A stretch of 64,000 nt of DNA from an uncultured delta proteobacterium (GCA_963790475.1 CAWBOS010000010.1:832001-896000), one strand, 5' to 3'. Counted from the first letter of the stretch, positions 28,782 to 39,481 are shown. Made by a program: numbers and translations. Notes: generated by a model from the sequence alone, not told the origin.

Positions 28782-31469
28782 ATGACCGAGCAGCCCAAGC
28801 TCTATCTGATCGACGGCAGTTCTTATATCTACCGGGCTTATTATGCCATCAATCGACTTACCAACTCTAAGGGGATGCCCACCCAGGCCGTCTTTGGCTT
28901 TATTCAGATGATTCGCAAGATCCTCGAGCAGGAAAGACCCGAACACCTGGCCATGGTCTTTGATGCCAAGGGGCCGACCTTTCGCCATGACCTCTACGAA
29001 GAATACAAGGCCCATCGGCCGACCATGCCCGATGACCTGATCGTTCAGATCCCATACATCAAAGAAGTCAGCTGCTATTACGGCCTGCCGATTCTGGAAA
29101 AACAGGGCTATGAAGCCGATGATATCATCGCCACCTTGGCCAAGCAGGCGGAGGCCAAGGGTTTTGTGGTGGTCATCGTCTCCGGGGACAAGGATCTGAT
29201 GCAGATGATCTCTCCCCGGATCTGCATGTGGGACACCCTCAAAAATCAGGTTTTCAATCTGGAAACGGTGCAGGAACGCTTCGGGACCAGCCCCTCCCAA
29301 TGGGTGGATATTATGGGCCTGGCCGGAGACAGCAGCGACAATGTGCCCGGGGTACCCGGCATCGGGGAAAAAACAGCCGTTAAATTGATCCGGGCCCATG
29401 GGTCTCTGGATAACCTTTTGGACGAGTCCACTCCGGTCACCCCACCTAAACTGAAAGAGAAACTGCTTCAGTATAAAGAACAGGCCTTGCTTTCCCGCAC
29501 TCTGGTCACCCTCGATACTGCCGTCCCCCTGGACCTTTCTTCCACGTACCTGGAGATTCAACCCAAGGATGTAGCGGGCTTGAAAAAACTTTTTCAGGAA
29601 CTGGGTTTCAAAAAATTTATCGAAGATCTGGGAGGGGAGGAGGGCAGGGGAGAGCCCTTTCAGGGAGACTTTAAGGGTATTACGGATTGGGAGGAACTGG
29701 TTGCCTTTGTTGAAAACATAAAAAAAACCGGGCGGGTTTCTCTGGATCTGGAGACGACCTCCGAAGACCCGATGCGGGCCGAAATCGTCGGGATAGGCCT
29801 GTCGCATCAAGAGGGCCGGGCGGTTTATATTCCCGTAGACCACCGCTATTTGGGCGCCCCGCCTCAGCTTGACTTATCTGACGTGTTGGACCTGCTGAAA
29901 GAGATCATTGAAGATCCGGCCATTGAAAAGATCGGGCAGAACATCAAATATGAATGGATCATCCTGAAGCGATATGGGCTGTCTTACCGGGGAATAACCT
30001 TTGATACCATGATCGCCTCTTATTTGCTGAACCCTTCACGCAGGACCCACAATCTCACCCAGATCGCCCAGGACTATTCGGACCGGTGTCTAACCACTTA
30101 TAAAGAAATGGTTGGGACCGGAGCCAAGGCCAAGAATTTCAGCGAGGTGCCGGTAGAACAAGCCATCGCCTATGGGGCTGAAGATGCCGAGGTCACCCTG
30201 GCCTGTGCTTTAAAACTGGAGCCCCTGCTCAAAAGAGAGGGGTTGGAAGACCTTTTCAGCGATATGGAAATGCCTTTGATCCCGGTCTTGTCGGAAATGG
30301 AAATGAATGGGGTGCGGTTGGATAGTCAAGCCCTGTATTCCTTTTCCAAAGAAGTGGAGGCCCAATTATTTCAGCTGGAAGAACAGATTTTTCAAATGGC
30401 CGGAGAGCGGTTTAACCTCAATTCTCCCCAGCAACTGGGTTTTATCCTTTTTGAAAAGCTGGGTCTCCCTCAGGGGAAAAAAACCAAGGGCAAGACCCGC
30501 CTGTCCACCGATGCCGAGGTCCTCAAGGATTTATCGCTTCACCACCCTCTGGCAGCCGCGGTCTGGAATTATCGCACCTTGAGCAAACTCAAATCCACCT
30601 ATATCGATGCCCTGCCCAAACTGATCCATCCCGGAACCGGGCGTTTACACACCTCCTTTAATCAAACGATCACGGCCACCGGACGTTTGAGCAGCAGTGA
30701 GCCCAATCTGCAGAATATCCCGGTCCGTACCGAAGAAGGGCGCCGGATCCGTCAGGCCTTTATCCCCGAAGCGGGATGGACCATGCTCTCCGCCGATTAT
30801 TCGCAAATCGAGCTGCGCATCCTGGCCCATAACAGCGCCGATGAAACCCTGGTCCAGGCCTTTAAGGAAGGCCAGGATATCCACAGCCGGACCGCAGCCG
30901 AACTTTTTAATCGCTCTCCGGATGAGGTCACCTCGGAAATGCGCCGTCAGGCCAAGGTGATTAATTTCGGCATCCTCTATGGGATGAGTGCTTTTGGGCT
31001 CTCCAAAGAACTGGGGATCAATAACCGGGATGCCCAGATCATGATCGACCAGTATTTTTTAAAGTACCAAGGGGTCAAACAGTATATTGAAGACACCCTG
31101 GCCGAGGCCCGCCGCATGCGTATTGTCACCACTCTGTTTAACCGCCGCCGTCATATTGAGGATATCAATAGTTCCAATCGGGCTGTACGGCAGTTCGCCG
31201 AGAGAACGGCAATCAATACCCCTATCCAGGGCACGGCCGCCGACCTGATCAAAATGGCCATGATCCGGATTCAGGATACCCTGCACCATGAAAAAATGGA
31301 TGCACGCATGCTCCTCCAGGTCCACGACGAACTGGTCTTTGAGTCCCCGGAAAACGAATTGGGTGCCTTAAAAACCATGGTTAAAGAGATCATGGAAGGG
31401 GTGCTGACCCTGAGAGTCCCGTTGCTGGTTCAAATTTCCCAGGGAAACAACTGGGCGGATTTGAAATAG
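28782..31469 (+). CDS. polA: DNA polymerase I
   Basis: 5'-3' exonuclease LIDGSSY, 3'-5' exonuclease DLETT, polymerase ADYSQIELR, AKVINFG, LQVHDEL. Confidence 0.98.
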   Translation: MTEQPKLYLIDGSSYIYRAYYAINRLTNSKGMPTQAVFGFIQMIRKILEQERPEHLAMVFDAKGPTFRHDLYEEYKAHRPTMPDDLIVQIPYIKEVSCYYGLPILEKQGYEADDIIATLAKQAEAKGFVVVIVSGDKDLMQMISPRICMWDTLKNQVFNLETVQERFGTSPSQWVDIMGLAGDSSDNVPGVPGIGEKTAVKLIRAHGSLDNLLDESTPVTPPKLKEKLLQYKEQALLSRTLVTLDTAVPLDLSSTYLEIQPKDVAGLKKLFQELGFKKFIEDLGGEEGRGEPFQGDFKGITDWEELVAFVENIKKTGRVSLDLETTSEDPMRAEIVGIGLSHQEGRAVYIPVDHRYLGAPPQLDLSDVLDLLKEIIEDPAIEKIGQNIKYEWIILKRYGLSYRGITFDTMIASYLLNPSRRTHNLTQIAQDYSDRCLTTYKEMVGTGAKAKNFSEVPVEQAIAYGAEDAEVTLACALKLEPLLKREGLEDLFSDMEMPLIPVLSEMEMNGVRLDSQALYSFSKEVEAQLFQLEEQIFQMAGERFNLNSPQQLGFILFEKLGLPQGKKTKGKTRLSTDAEVLKDLSLHHPLAAAVWNYRTLSKLKSTYIDALPKLIHPGTGRLHTSFNQTITATGRLSSSEPNLQNIPVRTEEGRRIRQAFIPEAGWTMLSADYSQIELRILAHNSADETLVQAFKEGQDIHSRTAAELFNRSPDEVTSEMRRQAKVINFGILYGMSAFGLSKELGINNRDAQIMIDQYFLKYQGVKQYIEDTLAEARRMRIVTTLFNRRRHIEDINSSNRAVRQFAERTAINTPIQGTAADLIKMAMIRIQDTLHHEKMDARMLLQVHDELVFESPENELGALKTMVKEIMEGVLTLRVPLLVQISQGNNWADLK

Positions 31470-31643
31470 GAAGTTGGTATCAGTTTAGCTTTTTAAAATT
31501 TAAATATTTTTTTTAGACAGGATTTACAGGATTCCTTTGATTTTGCTCGGGTCGTCCGGAGCCTGAGCAACCTCGATCTAAATTCTCATGCCCGCCTGGG
31601 CACAGGCGAATCATGAAGATATTGCCCAAACGCCAGGTTGGTC

Positions 31644-31704
31644 GTCATTCCGGCGAAAGCCGGAATCCAGGAGTCCCTGGATGCCGGATCAAGTCCGGCA
31701 TGAC
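31644..31704. repeat. REP-like double-hairpin repeat, copy 2
   Basis: GTCATTCCGGCGAAAGCCGGAATCCAG...CTGGATGCCGGATCAAGTCCGGCATGAC. Confidence 0.85.
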
Positions 31705-31831
31705 GGAGAAGAAACAACTCAATTCAAATTAACCCGGGTAAGCAATGTGCCGCACCCAGTTACAAAACCGGTCAAGGTCAATCAATATTGTTCGTTTACG
31801 TCAGGTGAAATATTCTTGACAGCGGATCTTA

Positions 31832-31849
31832 TATGTCATATTTGACATA
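31832..31849. promoter_or_regulatory. Palindromic operator upstream of the XDH-family operon
   Basis: TATGTCA-TATT-TGACATA downstream of TTGACA (31816); second copy at 35896. Confidence 0.7.
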
Positions 31850-31891
31850 ATCAATTAACCGTTGAGGCAAAACAGAAATGGAGACCTGCCC

Positions 31892-32806
31892 ATGAAACCC
31901 TTTGCATACCAAGCGCCCTTATCGCTCCGAGAGGCAACGGCTATATTGAGCAATCGAGACCTCGGCGCTCGGCCGATGGCCGGCGGTACCGATTTGCTGG
32001 TCCAGCTTCGCGCCGGTCGTTTGGATCTCAACCTGATTGTAGATATCAAACGAATTCCGGAGACCAGCCAACTGGCTTACAATCCTGTGGAAGGACTCAC
32101 CCTGGGATCGGCGGTAACCTGTTGCCGGGTCTATGAGGATCAGGTGATTCAGGAGTTCTACCCGGCCTTGATCGACTCAGCCTCGCTGATCGGGGGTGTG
32201 GCCGTTCAGGGGCGGGCGACCATCGGCGGGAACGTCTGCAACGCCGCCCCCAGCGGCGACACCCTGCCGACGCTGATTGTCCTTGAGGCGAACTGCCGGA
32301 TCTTCGGACCTCGAGGCGAACGCATCGTACCGGTGGAACAGTTCTTTACCGGTCCGGGGGCCACCGTGCTGGAGCGGGACGAACTGCTTGTTTCCATGCA
32401 TATCCCGCCGCCAAGTCCTAACTCGGGCGTCCGTTATCTGCGTTTCATCCCCCGCAATGAAATGGACATCGCCGTGGTGGGAGTCGGTGCAAAAGTGGGA
32501 CTGAGCGATGACCTGCAAAGAATCGTCTCGGCCCGGATTGCCCTGGGTGCCGTTGCTCCGACACCGATCTTGATTCGCGAGGCAGGTGAGGCCCTCATTG
32601 GCAAATCCCCTACCGAAGAGTCCTTTAGCAAGGCGGCGGCCGTAGCCCAAGAGGCGGCCTGTCCGATTACTGATATGCGAGGGACGATAGCCTACCGCCG
32701 GCATCTGGTAAGTATCCTGGTCAAACGAGCGCTGCTGGACGCGGTCGAAAGGGCGCGGTCAACGGCCAAAGGAAAAAAGAAGGAGGTTGGAACCCATGTC
32801 CGATAA
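31892..32806 (+). CDS. Xanthine dehydrogenase family FAD-binding (medium) subunit
   Basis: AGGTDL, ATIGGNVCNAAPSGD, ALGAVAPTP. Confidence 0.93.
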   Translation: MKPFAYQAPLSLREATAILSNRDLGARPMAGGTDLLVQLRAGRLDLNLIVDIKRIPETSQLAYNPVEGLTLGSAVTCCRVYEDQVIQEFYPALIDSASLIGGVAVQGRATIGGNVCNAAPSGDTLPTLIVLEANCRIFGPRGERIVPVEQFFTGPGATVLERDELLVSMHIPPPSPNSGVRYLRFIPRNEMDIAVVGVGAKVGLSDDLQRIVSARIALGAVAPTPILIREAGEALIGKSPTEESFSKAAAVAQEAACPITDMRGTIAYRRHLVSILVKRALLDAVERARSTAKGKKKEVGTHVR

Positions 32807-33302
32807 GGTTCGCGTTAAGGCGCGCGTGAATAATGAAGAAGTGGAATTTCTCTGTGATCCCCGCCAGAGTCTAATGGATTGCCTGCGGGACATTCTTAAT
32901 CTGACGGGAACCAAGGAAGGCTGCAATGACGGCAACTGCGGGTCCTGCAGCGTCCTGCTCAACGGCCGCCTGGTGAACTCCTGTCTGGTCCTGGGTGCGG
33001 AAATTGACGGGCAGGAAGTTATGACCGTGGAAGGGTTGGCCGATGCCGGAAATCTCCATGTACTTCAACAGGCTTTTCTGGAAAACGCCGCCATCCAATG
33101 CGGCTATTGCACCCCTGGGATGCTGATGGCTGCGAAAGCCCTGCTGGATCGTCATCCTGACCCTACGGAGGAACAGATCCGCTTCTGGCTGGCCGGAAAC
33201 CTGTGCCGATGCACCGGGTATGATAAAATCATCCGGGCGGTCAAGGATGCGGCGGCTCGGATGCGGGGTCATCAATTAAGGGAAGGGAGGGTGACCCAAT
33301 GA
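32796..33302 (+). CDS. Xanthine dehydrogenase family [2Fe-2S] (small) subunit
   Basis: GTKEGC..G.CGSC, QCGYCTPG, GNLCRCTGY. Confidence 0.95.
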   Translation: MSDKVRVKARVNNEEVEFLCDPRQSLMDCLRDILNLTGTKEGCNDGNCGSCSVLLNGRLVNSCLVLGAEIDGQEVMTVEGLADAGNLHVLQQAFLENAAIQCGYCTPGMLMAAKALLDRHPDPTEEQIRFWLAGNLCRCTGYDKIIRAVKDAAARMRGHQLREGRVTQ

Positions 33303-35584
33303 GTGAATCCGCCAAACAAAAAGCAGCCCCGGAAAAGTCAGCGGCCCGATATAAGGTAATCGGCGCCCGACCGGTGGCCCAGGATGCGGTGGATAAGTCA
33401 ACCGGTCGGGCTGCCTATACGGGTGACATCAAGCTGCCCCGGATGATCCAGGGCAAGATCCTGCGCAGCCCTCATGCCCATGCCCGCATCCGATCCATCG
33501 ACACCAGTCGGGCGGAAGCCCTCCCCGGCGTTTTTGCCGTCGTCACCTGGCGGGACCTCTGGCCCGCTAAAGACATCGCCAATCCGGAAAAGGTCAGGAC
33601 CAAAGACAGTCATTTCCGGGACAGCTATTTTGCCCGCCAAAAAGCCCTTTACTGTGGCCATCCCATCGCGGCGGTGGCCGCTGCTGAGCCCTGGCTGGCG
33701 CAAGAGGCCTTAAGGTTGATCGTTGTGGACTATGAACGGTTTCCTTTCGTTTTGGACCCCCTCCGGGCCATGGAGGAAGGCAGTCCTATCCTCCACGAAG
33801 GGGTTGTCCGCAAAGAACTGACCGGCATGGGCAATAATCTGGCTTTCCGGGTCGATCACCTCAAAGGCAATCCGGACGAAGGTTTTGCCCAGGCCGATGT
33901 GGTCATTGAGCGGGAATTCCGGGTCGGCACCGTCCGCCAGGGTTATATCGAACCTATGGCCGCCGTTGCCGACTGGACATCCGAAGGGCAGCTTAAGCTC
34001 TGGTCCACAACCCAGGGCGCCTTTTTTGTGCGCCGGGACGTGGCCGATCTGTTGCCCATCCCTCTGGCCCATATTCAGGTTATTTCCACAGAGGTAGGTG
34101 GTTCTTTCGGAGGGAAAAGCGCCGCCTTCCTGGAACCGGCAGCCGCCCTGTTGTCCAGGAAATCCGGACGGCCGGTCAGGATGGCGATGACCCGGGAGGA
34201 AGTTTTCACGGCCACGGTGCCTTCTACCGCCTGCTTCATCCGAGTGAAGATGGGAGCAACGCGCCAGGGCCGGATTACCGCGGCCTCCGCCTATATGGTA
34301 TTTGAAACGGGGGCCTACCGCGGGCTCAGTTGGGTCGCCGGCGGGGCCAGGTGCATGTTCGCCCCCTACGATATTCCCAATGGACGCATCGAAGGTTTTG
34401 ATGTCTTCGTCAACAAACCGAAGAGCGGCTCCTTTCGGGCCCCGAACGCTCCACAGGTCACCTTTGCTTATGAGAACGTCATCGACGAGTTGAGTGAAAA
34501 GATCGGGCTGGACCCTATGGAATTCCGACTGAAGAATATAGCCAAGCAGGGAACGCGGAAGATCGACGGCATGGTTTATCCCCTCGTCGGATTTAAGGAA
34601 ACGCTGGAGGCAGCCATGAAAACGGCGCATTACCGGACACCGCTCCAAGGAGCCTATCGAGGACGAGGTATCGCCTGTGGTTGGTGGCCCAACAATGCCC
34701 TGCAGTCCACCTGCTCCCTGGGTGTGAACGATGACGGTTCGGTAAACCTGATCACCGGGTCGATTGACGTCGGCAGCAGCGCCAGAACCGCCATAGCCAT
34801 GCAGGCCGCCGAAAGGCTGTCGATTCCTCTGGCGGAAATACACCCTATTACCGGAGACACCAGCTCCATCGGCTACACGGCCACCACTGGAGGAAGCCGC
34901 ACCACCTTTGCCACCGGCATAGCCGCCATCACCGCAGCCGACGAGCTGATCCACAAAATGAGGGAACGGGCGGCCCTGATTTGGAGTGTCGATTCTCCCA
35001 CTGTATATTACGGGGAAGGCGTTTTCACCACCACTAACGATCCGGCCAAACGCCTCACCTTCAAGGAGGTGGCGGCCCAGGTACTCCTCACCGGCGGGCC
35101 CATTTACGTGACCGCCAGTCTGGAGCCTAAAGGCGTCGGCAGTGCTATTTCAGTCTGTATCGTGGACCTGGAGGTTGATCCGGAAACCGGAAAGGTCACC
35201 ATTCTTCGCTGTACATCGGTCCAGGATGTTGGTAAAGCCATTCACCCGGGGCATGTCGAAGGGCAGATCCAGGGCGCCGTTGCCCAGGGAATCGGCCGGG
35301 CACTCTTCGAAGAATATCAGTTTGACGACCAGGGCCGAATGCTCAACCGAAGTTTTCTCGACTACCGGATGCCGACGGCAACTGACGTTCCCCGGATCGA
35401 GACGGTCCTGGTGGAAGTGCCCAATCCGGGTCATCCCTACGGGGTCCGGGGGGTCGCCGAACCGCCGGTGGTGCCGCCGCCCGCAGCCATTGCCATTGCC
35501 ATTCATCGGGCCCTTGGTGTTCGCCTGTCCGAACTGCCCATGACTCCGGAAAGGGTCCTGCGGGCTACGGGAAAACTTGGGTAG
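33299..35584 (+). CDS. Xanthine dehydrogenase family molybdopterin-binding (large) subunit
   Basis: LRSPHAHA, GGSFGGK, FRAP, GGSR, EGQIQG, GVAEPP. Confidence 0.95.
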   Translation: MSESAKQKAAPEKSAARYKVIGARPVAQDAVDKSTGRAAYTGDIKLPRMIQGKILRSPHAHARIRSIDTSRAEALPGVFAVVTWRDLWPAKDIANPEKVRTKDSHFRDSYFARQKALYCGHPIAAVAAAEPWLAQEALRLIVVDYERFPFVLDPLRAMEEGSPILHEGVVRKELTGMGNNLAFRVDHLKGNPDEGFAQADVVIEREFRVGTVRQGYIEPMAAVADWTSEGQLKLWSTTQGAFFVRRDVADLLPIPLAHIQVISTEVGGSFGGKSAAFLEPAAALLSRKSGRPVRMAMTREEVFTATVPSTACFIRVKMGATRQGRITAASAYMVFETGAYRGLSWVAGGARCMFAPYDIPNGRIEGFDVFVNKPKSGSFRAPNAPQVTFAYENVIDELSEKIGLDPMEFRLKNIAKQGTRKIDGMVYPLVGFKETLEAAMKTAHYRTPLQGAYRGRGIACGWWPNNALQSTCSLGVNDDGSVNLITGSIDVGSSARTAIAMQAAERLSIPLAEIHPITGDTSSIGYTATTGGSRTTFATGIAAITAADELIHKMRERAALIWSVDSPTVYYGEGVFTTTNDPAKRLTFKEVAAQVLLTGGPIYVTASLEPKGVGSAISVCIVDLEVDPETGKVTILRCTSVQDVGKAIHPGHVEGQIQGAVAQGIGRALFEEYQFDDQGRMLNRSFLDYRMPTATDVPRIETVLVEVPNPGHPYGVRGVAEPPVVPPPAAIAIAIHRALGVRLSELPMTPERVLRATGKLG

Positions 35585-35586
35585 CC

Positions 35587-35850
35587 ATGCCGGTTCTTTC
35601 GATTCCTCCGGACCTGCGCCACCTGACCGAAGATAAAGGGGTGATTCGGGTTCCCGGGAAAACCGTCGGCCAGGCCCTGGTAAACCTGGAGACCATTCAC
35701 CCCGGTGTCTGGGACCGCCTCTGTGAAGGGAAGAACCTCAATCCCTATGTTACTATAGTGGTGGATGGCGAAGTCAGCGGCATGGGATTGTATGAACCCC
35801 TCCGGGAAGACAGCGAGGTGCACTTTCTGCCGACCATGGAAGGGGGGTAG
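35587..35850 (+). CDS. MoaD/ThiS family sulfur carrier
   Basis: 87 aa ending in GG. Confidence 0.9.
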   Translation: MPVLSIPPDLRHLTEDKGVIRVPGKTVGQALVNLETIHPGVWDRLCEGKNLNPYVTIVVDGEVSGMGLYEPLREDSEVHFLPTMEGG

Positions 35851-35895
35851 AAGGAGAAGGCGTTTCCCGTCACAATTAATCCCACGCTTTTCTTT

Positions 35896-35913
35896 TATGT
35901 CAAATTTGACATC
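35896..35913. promoter_or_regulatory. Palindromic operator upstream of ADH-AOR
   Basis: TATGTCA-AATT-TGACATC, immediately followed by TTGACT...TAGAAT. Confidence 0.7.
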
Positions 35914-36004
35914 TTGACTTTATCAACCACCTTCCTATAGAATTTCAACGATTTGTTTTTTCAAAAAAAATTAAGCACTTTGTAAGATGGATTCGCGATA
36001 AGTC

Positions 36005-36081
36005 GTCACCCCGGCGAAAGCCGGGGTCCAGGAGATTAAAACTACTTAAAATCACTGGATTCCGGCTTTCGCCGGAATGAC
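36005..36081. repeat. REP-like double-hairpin repeat, copy 3
   Basis: GTCACCCCGGCGAAAGCCGGGGTCCAG...CTGGATTCCGGCTTTCGCCGGAATGAC. Confidence 0.85.
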
Positions 36082-36275
36082 TAATGCGAGTTTCGGCGAT
36101 TTTTTGCGAGTTCATGTTGTAAGTTTTGTCATTTTCAACCATCACCGAAGGACGGATTCAAAAGGTCGAAGGTCCATGGTGTAAGGATTTGCCGTATATG
36201 GTGAATCCTATTCCGCTTCCTCCCTCGAATCCTGGTAACCTCAAACAAAAAAACCATCAAAACGGAGGTTGAGTT

Positions 36276-37544
36276 ATGGGATACTGGTTTACTGATCCGA
36301 TTATCAAAGGTCTTCTCCCGCTGGCGTCCGCATCTTCCATGAGGGGTCTTTCATCTTCATTCGCCACTCCCAAGATTTTTATGGGCGCCAATGTACTCCC
36401 CGAAGGGCCGGCCATTGGGGTGACGGCCGTTGATGTCTTTGCCGACAGGTGTCCCCGCAAACGGGCCTTTTTTGTGACCGATACCATCGCGGAAAAATCG
36501 GCTACCAAGGTGGCCAAGGCTCTTCAGGCCGGGGGGTTTACGACAAAAATCTGGAACAAGGCCCTGCCCGAAGCTCCATTGGATAATGTCAGGGAATCGG
36601 GCACGGCCATGACCGAATTCGAACCTGACTTCATCGTAGCGGTAGGGGGGGGCTCGGTAATTGACGGGGCAAAGGCGGCCTGGGTCCATTATGAACGGCC
36701 GGATATACCCCATCTGGGAATGATAAGCCCCCTTGAACCTCTGCACTTGCGAAAGAAGGCCGTCCTGGCAGCCGTACCGACTACCAGCGGTACCGGGTCG
36801 GAATGCACCAGTGTCTTTGTGGCCCACGATCCGGAAGTTCACCGGAAAGTGCCCGTGGCCTGTGGTGAGCTGATGCCTGATTTTGCCATATTGGTGCCGG
36901 AATTTACCATGAGTATGCCTCCCAAATTGACCGCCGGGACCGGCTTGGACGTTCTGGCCCACGCCATGGACAGCGCTGCTATCGTGGGTGGGAACGAGAT
37001 CACCCACTCACTGGCCCTGACCGCTACCGAGATGGCCTTCAAATATCTACCCCGGGCCTTTCGCAACGGCCAGGATCATGAGGCCCGGTTGCGCATGTTG
37101 CTGGCCGCCAGTACCGCCGGAATCGCCTTTGGGCAGGGGGGCGTTGCTCTGACGCACAGTTTCGGACATTCCCTGGGATCCCTTTTTAATATTCATCACG
37201 GGATTGCCGTGGGGATGTTTATTCCCGCCTCCCTTCAATTTTATTCACCGATAACGGATAATTACCTCAGCTTATGCAAAACCCTGAATATTTTGGGGAA
37301 GTCCGACAAAGATAGTCTTTCCCGTCTGGTGAAGAAAGTGAGAGGCTTTTTGACCGAGCTGGACATCCCTGTGACTGTAAAAGATCTGGGTATATCCAAA
37401 AGTGATTTTAAGAAAAAAATGGAGATGCTGGTGCTCTATTCGGTCGAGGATATTGATTCTTATTTCAGTCCCCGGCCGATGACCGCTGAGCAGTGTGAAA
37501 AGATATTCTGGTATGCTTACGAAGGCAAGGACATCGATTTCTAA
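36276..37544 (+). CDS. Iron-containing alcohol dehydrogenase
   Basis: AVGGGSVIDGAK, PTTSGTGSE, LDVLAHA, THSFGH, IHHG. Confidence 0.93.
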   Translation: MGYWFTDPIIKGLLPLASASSMRGLSSSFATPKIFMGANVLPEGPAIGVTAVDVFADRCPRKRAFFVTDTIAEKSATKVAKALQAGGFTTKIWNKALPEAPLDNVRESGTAMTEFEPDFIVAVGGGSVIDGAKAAWVHYERPDIPHLGMISPLEPLHLRKKAVLAAVPTTSGTGSECTSVFVAHDPEVHRKVPVACGELMPDFAILVPEFTMSMPPKLTAGTGLDVLAHAMDSAAIVGGNEITHSLALTATEMAFKYLPRAFRNGQDHEARLRMLLAASTAGIAFGQGGVALTHSFGHSLGSLFNIHHGIAVGMFIPASLQFYSPITDNYLSLCKTLNILGKSDKDSLSRLVKKVRGFLTELDIPVTVKDLGISKSDFKKKMEMLVLYSVEDIDSYFSPRPMTAEQCEKIFWYAYEGKDIDF

Positions 37545-37558
37545 AGGAGGGAAAAAAT

Positions 37559-39397
37559 ATGTACGGATATCACGGAAAGTTCCTCAACGTGGATTTGACC
37601 GAGAACCGGATCTCGGAAATGCCCCTGGCTGAAGATGATTTAAAGAAATTTATCGGCGGTGCCAGCTTAAGCGCCAAGTTGATATATGATCACGTCAAAA
37701 AAGGGATGGATCCCTTAAGCCCGGAGAGTCCTCTGATCTTTTCCACCGGACCTTTAACCGCCACCTCTTTTCCGATGGTCAGCCGTTATGCGGTCAGCGG
37801 CATATCGCCTTTGACAGGGTACTGGGGGGAGGCGACCAGCGGTGGGAAGTTTCCCTTCCGTTTGAAGGAAAGCGGATTTGACGGCATTTTTATTACCGGG
37901 CGCGCAAAAAAGCCGGTTTACCTCCATATTGATAATGGAACGGCCCGGATTGAGGAAGCGACAAAACTCTGGGGCAAGGATATCTACAAGACTCAGAAGA
38001 TGATAGCCGAGGAAGTCAAAGATAAGGGGGCCAGCGTGGCCTGCATCGGCCCGGCAGGAGAGAGGCAGATACGATATGCCTCGGTCATGAACGATGAAGG
38101 TCGTGCTGCCGGACGCTGCGGCCTGGGGGCCTTGATGGGTTCTAAAAATCTGAAGGCCGTGGTGGCCGTTGGCAAAAAAAGAGCGGAACCGGCCGACAGG
38201 GGCAAGCTGACGGAACTCTCCAAGGAGGCCAACAATATAATCAGAGGCAATATGCTGACCCTGGCCTACCGGGAATACGGAACGATGATGTACACGGATA
38301 TGGGGATGATCCTGGGAGATGTGCCGGCCAAATATTTCACCAAGAATGTTTTCCCGGTCGATAAGGTTACCAGTCAGACCATTCGACAGAATTATAGTAT
38401 GGGAAATTATGCCTGTCTGGGTTGCCCGATTGGATGCGGCAGGGAAATAAAGAATTTCCGAACGGGTTTGCCCTCCGTGGATGGGCCTGAATATGAAACC
38501 CTGGTGGCCTTCGGCCCCTTGTGCATGAATTTTGATTTGGATTCGATCATCTATGCCAACCATCTGTGCAATGCCAACGGGCTGGATACCATTTCGGCCG
38601 GTGTCTCCATCGCCTATGCCCTTTATTTGGCCGAGCAAGGGGTGCTCAACAAGAAAAAGGCCGGAGTTGACCTGAAGTGGGGAGACAGTAAGACTGTTGT
38701 TAAACTGCTGGAGATGATCATCAGTCAAAAAGGCATCGGGAAAATGCTATCCGAGGGGACACTCCGGATGGCTCGTGAATTGGGCCGTGACGAGGGCGAG
38801 GCGGCCCAGGTCAAAGGGATGGAAATGCCTATGCATGAGGGGCGGGCCTTTCACGGCCTGGCGGCCTCCTATGCCACCGGTCCTCGCGGGGCGTGTCATC
38901 TAAAAGGAGATTACTACACGGTCGATATCGGAGGAGGGGTGCCGGAACTGGGTCTCGGTTCAACCGGCAACCGCTTGAGTTCGGTCGATACCGGCGAAAG
39001 GGCGGCCAAGTTCCAGAGCGTGAAAGACCTTTATGATTCCTTGACCCTCTGCAAATTTTCCCCCGCGCCCTTAACCCTGATCGGTCAGGCCCTGGGTGCC
39101 GTAACCGGCTGGGAATACACTCCCAACGATTTGCTGACCGCCGGCGATAGATCGATGACTATTAAAAGGGCCATCAGCAATAAACTCGGCCTCAAACGCA
39201 AGGATGACAAGCTGCCCAAGATTTGTCTGCAGGCGCTCAAAGAAGGCAGCACTGCAGGCACGGCCCCGGATATGAATTTGCTCATGAAAGATTATTACCA
39301 GTACCGGGGATGGGATTGGGATACCGGCCGTCCAACGGAAAAGAAATTAAATGAACTGGATCTGGGATGGATTGCGGAGGATCTGTATAAAAAATAA
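37559..39397 (+). CDS. aor: Aldehyde:ferredoxin oxidoreductase (W-type AOR family)
   Basis: ACIGPAGE, AAGRCGLGALMGSKNLKA, CLGCPIGC, GPEYET, GLDTIS, PRGACH. Confidence 0.93.
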   Translation: MYGYHGKFLNVDLTENRISEMPLAEDDLKKFIGGASLSAKLIYDHVKKGMDPLSPESPLIFSTGPLTATSFPMVSRYAVSGISPLTGYWGEATSGGKFPFRLKESGFDGIFITGRAKKPVYLHIDNGTARIEEATKLWGKDIYKTQKMIAEEVKDKGASVACIGPAGERQIRYASVMNDEGRAAGRCGLGALMGSKNLKAVVAVGKKRAEPADRGKLTELSKEANNIIRGNMLTLAYREYGTMMYTDMGMILGDVPAKYFTKNVFPVDKVTSQTIRQNYSMGNYACLGCPIGCGREIKNFRTGLPSVDGPEYETLVAFGPLCMNFDLDSIIYANHLCNANGLDTISAGVSIAYALYLAEQGVLNKKKAGVDLKWGDSKTVVKLLEMIISQKGIGKMLSEGTLRMARELGRDEGEAAQVKGMEMPMHEGRAFHGLAASYATGPRGACHLKGDYYTVDIGGGVPELGLGSTGNRLSSVDTGERAAKFQSVKDLYDSLTLCKFSPAPLTLIGQALGAVTGWEYTPNDLLTAGDRSMTIKRAISNKLGLKRKDDKLPKICLQALKEGSTAGTAPDMNLLMKDYYQYRGWDWDTGRPTEKKLNELDLGWIAEDLYKK

Positions 39398-39481
39398 ATA
39401 ACTGAATATCTATGTACGCTAAATAAAAGCGCATCGACAAAGTTTTGTCGATCTTTCGGGGACCAGGAAATCCCTTTGCCC

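Noticed and set aside
33710-34954. Long antisense ORFs (also 28728-29843, 21565-22533, 37754-38728)
   Set aside because: They are shadows of well-supported genes on the opposite strand and have no motifs.
33299-35584. Aerobic CO dehydrogenase CoxL
   Set aside because: It lacks the AYxCSFR active-site motif.
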